A stretch of 64,000 nt of DNA. Origin: a virus. Lineage: Duplodnaviria > Caudoviricetes. The notes beneath the pieces were generated by a model. That model saw nothing but the letters and a program-made list of their open reading frames with translations. It was not told the DNA's origin and did not search any database. Made by a program: the position numbers and the translations under genes. This document shows positions 49,488 to 57,817 of the stretch, in pieces. The stretch is from the IMG/VR virus record IMGVR_UViG_3300037400_001617. The stretch is one strand, 5' to 3'. Each line of letters begins with the position of its first letter. Position 1 is the first letter of the stretch.

Positions 49488-52052
49488 ATGGAGAATCGCA
49501 TTAAAGTAGAGGATGAGGTAAAGAATAGAGGAGGATTCAGAGATGAATCCTCCAAGCTTTATGTCGTAATCAACGGAAGCTATGTCTTTCTCTTCCCAGA
49601 AGAAGAGTTCGATAAGCTCAATTCTATCGACAGAAAAATTGTATGGGATACTGTAGACTACGTCTTACAGAACTCCCTTACCAACAAAGAAGGTGATACT
49701 GAATACACCTTCGACATGTTCGATCTCATGAAGATATCTCATACTGTCGTACTTCCGCCTATAACACTCAAGGTTGATATAAGCAGTGATGATGATGTAT
49801 CTGGAGATGAGTTCAATACATTATACAACGACACACCATACCATGTACACTCAATGGTAATGAAGAAAGCTGGAGAGTATACAGTGTATGTAAACAGAAC
49901 TGTCTACGATGGTCTCTCTGAAGAAGACAAGGATACCATATGTGATAACGTAGGATCAATAGCATGGAGTGGCTGTGATAAGCACGTATGGTTTATAGAG
50001 TCTAACACAGACTTCATGAACTTCTCCAATATCATATTCGTCGATATCAAACCTAACTACGCAAGAAGGTTTGTTCTTGATGAAATAGAAGAATATGGAG
50101 GGTTCAAAGACGATAAGACTGATGAGTATGTGATTTATCAGTATCCTTGCACGTTTATCTTTCCCGAATGGTTCGAGAATGTCGACAAGTCGTGTAGAGA
50201 GAATATATACTACATATGTCATAAGATATCTCAAGACGAAAATCGTCCATCGAGTAACAGCACCAATAGCTATACTTATAAGTGGGACGATATCATGTCG
50301 TGTATGCCAATATACTACACTCCAAGAAAGGCATATAGTGGCGATGCGTTAGGGCAGCTCATAGACCGTCAGAACAGCGATCAGAATAAACGCGAAACAC
50401 TTCTTTTCGATACAGAGGAGAACGACTACTATGTCAATCTTAAGTCGTGCGTGTCAAGATTACAGTTACATATTAAACGCGACGTATGGGACAAGTTGTT
50501 TTTGTTCTCTAGCAACAATAGCTATAATCTTAGCAAAGAAAACATCTTCAATGCTTTCACCAACGTCATCAAAACATTCTCTCAGAATGCAGAGAATGGA
50601 TACGATTGGTCGTTAGACACGTTAGATTCAGTATCGTTCTTCATCAAAGCTGCTTTAGATACTCCTTTAACTCTTAGATCCAACAGAGTTGAATGTAATA
50701 CATACTTTGAGCAGACAAGAGAGGGTAAGATTGTATTGAACGTAGATACATTCAACTTCGATACAGGTAAGATTGAAGCATGCTGCTTTTATATAGGAAC
50801 TGGTGACTTCTTCAGTGTCATAGATGAAGCCACTAAATCAGATATCATCGTTGAAGCTAAGAGGGTAGCTTGTCTCTCCGCAAAGGAAAGATGCGAAGAA
50901 TTCAATACCTTCCCGATAGACTGTAAGGTATTCTATCTTGGATCTGAACGTAAGTTTACACCGTATAAACCTGAACCTATCATTGATACTCAGCTTCCTT
51001 GTATGAACACAAGTCTTCATTCTATTCAAGGAAGAATGAATATATACGTCACTATGAACGATGAGATAGTCAAGGAGAATATATATGACGACAACTACAG
51101 AGGTGAAAGATGTAAGATCCTGAAGTTTACCTCTAAGCATAACGGCATATACTTCTTCTCTATATCATCCGAAGCATGGTCTATGCTTGACCAGACAATG
51201 GAAGATATGGTCGTCACAAAAGCAAGAATCATATCCAAGTCTGGATGCAGTAACCAAGTATGGTATTTGAACTCTGTCACAGCTGTGGAAGAGTTCATTA
51301 ATATACCTATAGTAGACGAGAAGAATCTTCTCGGTCTCAACAACACAAACCCTAATCCCAACCCAATCAAGGAGGAAAACACCATGTTTAACAAATTCCC
51401 ATTCAAGAAGAACGACAACGACAACCTTCCTAAGAAGGAAGCCAACAGCCCTGCTATGCCTACTCCAGAGCAGGCAAAAGTTATCATGGATGCTATGTGT
51501 GCATGCCAGACAGATATCTCTCAGTATGCTGAAGATATGAGACGTGACAGAGCAAGAGCTAATGCTACAATGGCTAGAGCTATTCTCACTCACGGTATTC
51601 TGACAGATGACTCAATGATTGACAGAAACTTCCTTCTCCCGAAGGACGTCAAGTATCCTTATGCTACAAGAATGCTTGATGGTGAGCTCGTTGTAGTTAC
51701 TAACGGTAAGCCAGCATCAGATCAGGTTCTTACTACAATAAACTCTGTTCCTGTTACCAATCTTCAGGACTATGCAAACATTCTCGGAACTCTCAACCTG
51801 GTTAAAGAACAGTCTGCTGATCATGGTCTTACAGCCGAAGAAGCAGCTTCTATAGTTACTAACTATATAGGTTGTCGTGACCAGGCTCTTCTGAACATGC
51901 TCCAGGATACTAACAGCCTCGAGAAGGTTATAGGAGAGAAAACTGTTAAGGATATTGAGAACACTGAGTTTAGTAATCTCATGATTACTACATCTCCTAC
52001 TGTAATGAGGTATATCACTATTGAACCTGTCGATGAGGACAGCAAGAAGTGA
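49488..52052 (+). CDS. multidomain hypothetical protein; C-terminal domain paralogous to 52236-52943
   Basis: 854 aa; internal repeats; in-frame internal SD and ATG at 51384. Confidence 0.8.
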   Translation: MENRIKVEDEVKNRGGFRDESSKLYVVINGSYVFLFPEEEFDKLNSIDRKIVWDTVDYVLQNSLTNKEGDTEYTFDMFDLMKISHTVVLPPITLKVDISSDDDVSGDEFNTLYNDTPYHVHSMVMKKAGEYTVYVNRTVYDGLSEEDKDTICDNVGSIAWSGCDKHVWFIESNTDFMNFSNIIFVDIKPNYARRFVLDEIEEYGGFKDDKTDEYVIYQYPCTFIFPEWFENVDKSCRENIYYICHKISQDENRPSSNSTNSYTYKWDDIMSCMPIYYTPRKAYSGDALGQLIDRQNSDQNKRETLLFDTEENDYYVNLKSCVSRLQLHIKRDVWDKLFLFSSNNSYNLSKENIFNAFTNVIKTFSQNAENGYDWSLDTLDSVSFFIKAALDTPLTLRSNRVECNTYFEQTREGKIVLNVDTFNFDTGKIEACCFYIGTGDFFSVIDEATKSDIIVEAKRVACLSAKERCEEFNTFPIDCKVFYLGSERKFTPYKPEPIIDTQLPCMNTSLHSIQGRMNIYVTMNDEIVKENIYDDNYRGERCKILKFTSKHNGIYFFSISSEAWSMLDQTMEDMVVTKARIISKSGCSNQVWYLNSVTAVEEFINIPIVDEKNLLGLNNTNPNPNPIKEENTMFNKFPFKKNDNDNLPKKEANSPAMPTPEQAKVIMDAMCACQTDISQYAEDMRRDRARANATMARAILTHGILTDDSMIDRNFLLPKDVKYPYATRMLDGELVVVTNGKPASDQVLTTINSVPVTNLQDYANILGTLNLVKEQSADHGLTAEEAASIVTNYIGCRDQALLNMLQDTNSLEKVIGEKTVKDIENTEFSNLMITTSPTVMRYITIEPVDEDSKK

Positions 52053-52235
52053 TAATAGTATTACCCTTTTGATGAATGGCGGCTCGGTGAGTAGAATCAC
52101 CGAGCCTGTTATTCCGATTATTCCAATTTAATTGTAAATTATGATAAGGAAACAACATTATATTGAGCGGAAGTGAATAAACACCCGTGCTTCCGCATAA
52201 GCCATTCATCCAAAATTAATTAGGAGGTTAACACT

Positions 52236-52943
52236 ATGAACGACACAAACAACATCGACTTCAACCGTATGATCTCTTTCAAAAAGAGAATAGGACGTCC
52301 AAGCGACTCAACAGACTTCTTCGAAGATGAGCCTGGTCAGGAAACAGAACAGGTATCTGTAGAAGTAATAGAGGAAGAAGATCCTCTCAAAAGAAAAATG
52401 ATTGAATGTCAGGTAGACTTTCGTAAGTACTACTCAGACATGAAGCGTGAAAGAGATAAGGCTAACGTTGTAGTAGCCAGAGCTTTTCTCACAAACTCTA
52501 TACTGACATCGAACATGATGAAACAGAACAACGTATATCTGCCTACTGGCGAAAACTTCTCGTCTGGTATAAGGGTATGCGACAATGAGTATGTCGCTGT
52601 TACTAATGGCGGCACTCCAGTCAGTCAGATTCTCGACAACACAAACTCTGTCCCAGTTACTAATCTTCAGGACTATGCAAACATCATCAATTGCTACAAC
52701 GAGAAGGATCCTGATTCAGACTATATAACTAAGCAGGAAGCGGCTTCTATAGCTACTAACTATATCACATTTCGTGATCAGTCTCTTCTCGATAGCGTAG
52801 TTAAGAATGGATGCATGGATCGTCTCATAGGTAAAGACACTATCAAGAAGATCAAGTGTACGGAAATAAACGATCCTATGATAATCACTTCACCTACAAT
52901 AAGAGCAAACTCGAAGATTCAGCAGGACAATGATGAGGATTGA
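52236..52943 (+). CDS. hypothetical protein (paralog of the preceding gene's C-terminal domain)
   Basis: shares NSVPVTNLQDYANI and EAASI.TNYI..RDQ.LL. Confidence 0.8.
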   Translation: MNDTNNIDFNRMISFKKRIGRPSDSTDFFEDEPGQETEQVSVEVIEEEDPLKRKMIECQVDFRKYYSDMKRERDKANVVVARAFLTNSILTSNMMKQNNVYLPTGENFSSGIRVCDNEYVAVTNGGTPVSQILDNTNSVPVTNLQDYANIINCYNEKDPDSDYITKQEAASIATNYITFRDQSLLDSVVKNGCMDRLIGKDTIKKIKCTEINDPMIITSPTIRANSKIQQDNDED

Positions 52944-53317
52944 TAAGAATGGACATTACTATTTACAGGGACAAGCCAGAGTATTTCAACAGGATCTGTA
53001 CTGCTAATATAGTCTGGAATGCTCTGATCCCTCTTAACTACTACGAACCTGTGTTGTCAGTCAAAGACGTAGAGAATCAAGAAGACTATAAGAACAACTA
53101 TGACGAGTCGATTGGTGTTCTTGAAAATCTCTTCAAAATGATGCAGATGACGACAGGAGACATAGTAGAAATCACCAACTCGAACTCATGTGATGGCGTG
53201 TACTATTACAGATCTTATTGTTGGTACGAACTGAAAAGAGACGAGTTTGATATCAACTCTAAAAAGCTTGTATGTGATATCGTACAGTGCCTAAGAATAG
53301 CCGAAGGGTGGAGGTAA
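52940..53317 (+). CDS. hypothetical protein
   Basis: 125 aa, overlaps the previous stop. Confidence 0.7.
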   Translation: MIRMDITIYRDKPEYFNRICTANIVWNALIPLNYYEPVLSVKDVENQEDYKNNYDESIGVLENLFKMMQMTTGDIVEITNSNSCDGVYYYRSYCWYELKRDEFDINSKKLVCDIVQCLRIAEGWR

Positions 53318-53367
53318 TCCACCCTTCTTTTTTGTCAAACATATATGTAATAGGAAGGAGGAATCGT

Positions 53368-53802
53368 ATGGATAACTTCATAACGTCTGTCTCCGAACTA
53401 TTTCTTGGCAATGGTATAATCATATCATTAGCATGTCTCACAGTAGGTATGTTTCTTAAAGGTACCTTCAAGAAGTTCCCTAACAAGTATATCCCTTTTA
53501 GTAATGTCGTAGTCGCCATAGCTGCTGGATTCGCGATACCAGGAACTTTTGACGATAAAGACCCAGTGTCAAAGGTGATTATACTGGCATTCCTGGGACT
53601 GTCCTCTGTTGGCCTTTATGAGTCTCTCTGTGTAATTGTGAAGAAACGGTTCGATATAGACATTGCCGAGATCTTATCTCACTATGGGTCTGCCAGTGAC
53701 CCTGATACTGGCGAAGATTCCAATGACGTTCTCCTGGATGCTACCACATCAGAGGAGATCGATATCCCAATCGATCAATCCGAAGACGATGCGAAAACAT
53801 GA
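53368..53802 (+). CDS. holin
   Basis: three hydrophobic segments, K...PNKYIP, GLSSVGLYE, acidic tail; ATG after AAGGAGG and AACA-N6-TA. Confidence 0.7.
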   Translation: MDNFITSVSELFLGNGIIISLACLTVGMFLKGTFKKFPNKYIPFSNVVVAIAAGFAIPGTFDDKDPVSKVIILAFLGLSSVGLYESLCVIVKKRFDIDIAEILSHYGSASDPDTGEDSNDVLLDATTSEEIDIPIDQSEDDAKT

Positions 53803-53905
53803 TCCTGGTGAATGAAATAACTGGTGCCCGAGGGAGCGCTCCCTCGGGCGTCATTCTCGTCTCTTACAGTAGGTGTAACCATCTAATGAAAGGAGATGAT
53901 ATATT

Positions 53906-54139
53906 ATGACAGAACCACTCTTCAAAATGGCTGGACCTAAGTACTGTTCAAGATGCGGAACAGACGGAATAGCAATCATAGTAGTAAATACTCGTAAAGG
54001 TAAAGAAGCTCGGTGTATGCGGTGTAAGAACTGTGGTGCTGAGTTCATGATAGATTGGAGAAATCCTAAAGTTCCTAGACCTCTGTCAATGGGGTTGTAT
54101 GCTAATATATGTCTAAGAGGTTTGAATGCTTATGTATAA
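53906..54139 (+). CDS. small Zn-ribbon protein
   Basis: CSRCG...CKNCG; begins MTEPLFK. Confidence 0.75.
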   Translation: MTEPLFKMAGPKYCSRCGTDGIAIIVVNTRKGKEARCMRCKNCGAEFMIDWRNPKVPRPLSMGLYANICLRGLNAYV

Positions 54140-54164
54140 CATTACACAAGCATAACATATCATT

Positions 54165-54360
54165 GACGGACGGATAGGATAGATAGTTTCAAGTCAGAGC
54201 CTCCTCAAGAGGTTACCACTCTGCGCTTACCGATACGTATTGCGGGTGTAAATCGTCCTGTTTGAGCAGCTTGTAACAGGTGACTATTGATACCCCCTAA
54301 GTGTTCGCTCGTGTCCTTAATAAAGCCATACTTGAAGCTATCTATCGTGTCCGCTCCGTC
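54165..54360 (+). ncRNA. candidate ~196-nt structured RNA (6S-like architecture)
   Basis: ends pair over ~29 bp including a 17-bp helix (54178-54194 with 54330-54346); G-U pairs favour the plus strand; promoter-like motif just upstream. Confidence 0.6.
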
Positions 54361-54450
54361 GGACTGCAAACTATTCCAAAATGATAACCCAACTTCAATT
54401 CTAGCATTGGTAAACCTTTACTCATGGTTTACAAAACATCTTAATACTCA

Positions 54451-54484
54451 GGGGTCCCGAAAGGGACTCCATCTCTTTTTTTTT
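54451..54484 (+). terminator. intrinsic terminator
   Basis: GGGGTCCC-GAAA-GGGACTCC followed by a T-run. Confidence 0.75.
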
Positions 54485-54556
54485 CTTCATTCGACTGTTC
54501 ATAATCAATCCAAACACGTACGTTAACAATACTATAATCTAGCGAGAAAGGACGTT

Positions 54557-57307
54557 GTGAACGTTATGCGTATAAACTACTTAGAACTGCACAATTATGC
54601 AGGTATATACAATGGTATGGAGCTCAACGAGCTTGTTATCGACTTCTCCAAGTGCCAACACAAGATATGTCTCATTAAGGGAGACAATGGTTCTGGTAAG
54701 AGCACAATCATGAAAGCACTTAATCCTCTTCCAGATCCAGCATCAGTATTCATTCCAGGATTAGTAGGATACAAGTGTATCATTTATCTTGACGAGTACA
54801 CTGGTATCATGTATAAGATAGAGTATCTGCACGATGTAAACTCTAAGGGTGACAGAGCTACTCCTAAGGGTCACATCTACGAGATCACTCAATCAGCAGT
54901 GATCGATCTTAATCCAAGTGGTAATGTATCTTCTGCTAAAGAAATCATCTACGACAGGTTCAATCTTGACCCTTGTTATCTGTCTCTTACACAGCTTAGT
55001 AGCAATAAGAGGGGTATGGCAGATATGAAACCTGCCGAGAGAAAGAAGTTTGTCAACAGCATCCTAAACAATGTAGATGCATACAATGACATGTATAAGG
55101 TACTTAGCAAGAAGGCTGTCATGTACAAGGGAGTAATCAAGAACATCGAGAGTCGTCTCAGTACTATAGGAGATGTAGGTAAGCTTGACCTTAGAATACA
55201 GAATCTCACATCTACAGTTAAACAGGCAGATGAGCTGCTCAACAATGAAAAGGATCTTAAGTCTAAGGCAGAGGCAGTTATACTTACTCTTGACCCAGAT
55301 GGTACAAAGAACCAGAAGTATCTCGATGTCGTCAAGGATATGACTAAATACGAGAATGACCTCAACACATTCACCACTATGACTGATCATAAGTATAGAG
55401 GACGAGAAGTACAGAGACTTGATCACAATAATCTTATCACTCAGATAGAACTTGCTAAACAGAAGAAGAGTTCACTCAATACAGAGATTGGAACTCTGAT
55501 GAGTAAGACTGAGATTGATACTATAGAGATCAACCAGAAGAGACAGAAGCTTAACGATGTTAACAGCGGTGAGTCTCTTGACTATCTAAGGGATCTTAAG
55601 TCTAAGCTTCAGGATAGATTCAGCGAGATTAGAGGAGAGCTCAAGAAGCTCAACATCAACACACTCGAGATTCCATTCACTAAGGATACACTAGTACAGT
55701 GTATCACTACTTTATGTGAAGTGAGAGATAGACTCTCTTCTCCAGACTTTGCAGATATAGAGTTTCTTGTAGAGTGTGTATCCGAGTTTGGTCACGAGAG
55801 AAATGGCGAGATATCTTCACTCTCTATCATGAAAGCTGCGGCTAGTTCAATGGAAGAGCATAAAAAGACAATCGACGATGCTAAGCAAAAGCTTGCCGAG
55901 AAGGAAGCTCTTAGAAGATCATTCGAGGGTCTGTTAGAGAATAGACCTAAAGAGTGTCATATAGACGATTGTCACTTCATCGCTAATGCAGTGTTGAAGA
56001 AACGTGAGTATGAAGAATGCTATAATGAAGACTATGAAACTATCATCAGAGAGGCTACTGCTAACTACAATGGTGATAAACTCGTATGGGAACATATGCA
56101 GAATGTAGAGAATGGTTTCCGTGAACTTCAGATGCTTAAGGCTAAAGTGAATGGTATATCATCTACTCTCAAGCTCATCACTCCTAAAGAGTACATGCCT
56201 GCTTACGACTTCATAGTCAACTTCAACTATACTTCAGATAGTAAAGTAGTCAGGACCATAAACACTTTCAATCAGTATGTAGACTTCCTCTACAATCATC
56301 TCTATATAGCTAACTCCTTCGAGGAGTATAAGGATATACGAGAGAATCTTATCAAGGTACAGGGAGAGATTGAAAAGCTTGAGTCTAATGAACAGCTTAT
56401 CAATATGCTTACCGATGATATTAACAAGCTTCAGGAAGAGCTTAACGAAACTCTTCAGAAGACTCAGAACAACAGGTTCGAGATAACACAACTCGATATA
56501 ACTATATCTGACACTGAGAGAAAGCTTGAAGAACTTCAGACTTATAGAGAAGATATGTTCAAGCTCGACGAACTTAAGGAAAAAGTTAAAGAGCTCAATG
56601 CAGAGCTATACAATCTCGAGAATTCCATGTCTAAGCTGTTGGAAGCTAAGAAGACTATACATGAATGTGAAGCAAGCATCAAAGAGATCGAAGAGAAGCT
56701 CATTCCAATGAAAAAAGAATTGGCTGATCTGGAGACATCTAGAAGACTCTATGGCTCATACATAGACGATCTCAAGACCAACAAAGAGATGCTCAACAAG
56801 ATAGAAGTAATCAAGTACTATACTTCTCCTACTACTGGTATACAGTTGATATTCGCTACACTCTATCTGAGTAAGATTCTTGAGAAAGCTAACTGGATGC
56901 TGTCTGGTCTTTTCGGAGGAGCATTCAATATACTTCCATTCATCATTACAGAAGATGAGTTCAGGATTCCTATAGCAGTACAGGGTGGACTCAATCACGA
57001 TGATATAACTTCTATGTCATCTGCTCAAATAGCATTGATCAGTATGATTATCAGTATCAGTATGCTTAGTCAGGTGTCTACTAGTATGAATATCATAGTA
57101 GGAGACGAGATAGACGCTTCATTGGACACAGAGAATAGAAGACGTTTCTTCGACATTCTGTTGGGTCTAATGGAGATGGTCAATGCAAGTCAGAGTATAC
57201 TGATCTCTCACAATAGTGAGTACACACAGAACGAATGTGATGTCATCTGGTTAAGAAACAAAGAACACATCACAGAAGCAGGTAACGTAATCTGGAGCTT
57301 TGAATAA
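54557..57307 (+). CDS. sbcC: SbcC/Rad50-like SMC ATPase
   Basis: GDNGSGKST, Q-loop, coiled coils, CHIDDC zinc-hook-like motif, MSSAQ signature, GDEIDASLD, LISH. Confidence 0.9.
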   Translation: MNVMRINYLELHNYAGIYNGMELNELVIDFSKCQHKICLIKGDNGSGKSTIMKALNPLPDPASVFIPGLVGYKCIIYLDEYTGIMYKIEYLHDVNSKGDRATPKGHIYEITQSAVIDLNPSGNVSSAKEIIYDRFNLDPCYLSLTQLSSNKRGMADMKPAERKKFVNSILNNVDAYNDMYKVLSKKAVMYKGVIKNIESRLSTIGDVGKLDLRIQNLTSTVKQADELLNNEKDLKSKAEAVILTLDPDGTKNQKYLDVVKDMTKYENDLNTFTTMTDHKYRGREVQRLDHNNLITQIELAKQKKSSLNTEIGTLMSKTEIDTIEINQKRQKLNDVNSGESLDYLRDLKSKLQDRFSEIRGELKKLNINTLEIPFTKDTLVQCITTLCEVRDRLSSPDFADIEFLVECVSEFGHERNGEISSLSIMKAAASSMEEHKKTIDDAKQKLAEKEALRRSFEGLLENRPKECHIDDCHFIANAVLKKREYEECYNEDYETIIREATANYNGDKLVWEHMQNVENGFRELQMLKAKVNGISSTLKLITPKEYMPAYDFIVNFNYTSDSKVVRTINTFNQYVDFLYNHLYIANSFEEYKDIRENLIKVQGEIEKLESNEQLINMLTDDINKLQEELNETLQKTQNNRFEITQLDITISDTERKLEELQTYREDMFKLDELKEKVKELNAELYNLENSMSKLLEAKKTIHECEASIKEIEEKLIPMKKELADLETSRRLYGSYIDDLKTNKEMLNKIEVIKYYTSPTTGIQLIFATLYLSKILEKANWMLSGLFGGAFNILPFIITEDEFRIPIAVQGGLNHDDITSMSSAQIALISMIISISMLSQVSTSMNIIVGDEIDASLDTENRRRFFDILLGLMEMVNASQSILISHNSEYTQNECDVIWLRNKEHITEAGNVIWSFE

Positions 57308-57359
57308 AAAAATAAGGGGAGTGGCTGTTACGCCACCCCCTATTTGTTCTTGTTCGCTA

Positions 57360-57704
57360 TCAATATCCAGCTGGGACTATGATAGCGAGGATCCATAGCA
57401 ACGATACCATTGCCAGCATCATTGCTACGGATCCAATAAATAGCAATGCTATCTCAAAGTAACTGAAATGTTTATGAAGCTGCCTTAGTTTATGTCTAAC
57501 GGCAGCTAGACCCTCCATAAATATGAAGAGGCTTTCAATCGCCTCACATGTAAGGCGATATAACATAGTGACGAATCCATACAGAACCCACCACACTAAC
57601 CCAATGACGACATAGCCTATTGCGGCTACGATTCGTATTACGAATCTTGCCTCTGGGTTCTTGACATAGTTATTAAGCGTACGTTTGTTGTTCATATTGA
57701 ACAT
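57360..57704 (-). CDS. small membrane protein
   Basis: two hydrophobic segments, GAAAGGAG SD. Confidence 0.7.
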   Translation of the reverse strand: MFNMNNKRTLNNYVKNPEARFVIRIVAAIGYVVIGLVWWVLYGFVTMLYRLTCEAIESLFIFMEGLAAVRHKLRQLHKHFSYFEIALLFIGSVAMMLAMVSLLWILAIIVPAGY

Positions 57705-57780
57705 CTCCTTTCATTGTTCTACTTCAATAGTATGTATTTCAAACTATTCGCCTTTACGAAGCGCCTTGATTGAGCCGTTG

Positions 57781-57794
57781 AACATTTTAGTAAT
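57781..57794 (+). promoter_or_regulatory. AACA-N6-TA(AT) promoter motif (representative copy)
   Basis: also at plus-strand 7523, 12387, 15945, 27084, 32919, 53338, 54525 and minus-strand 25576-25587, 26984-26995, 31648-31661; each lies shortly upstream of a gene or candidate RNA. Confidence 0.8.
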
Positions 57795-57817
57795 CTAAAT
57801 TGGAAAGGAGAGTTCAT

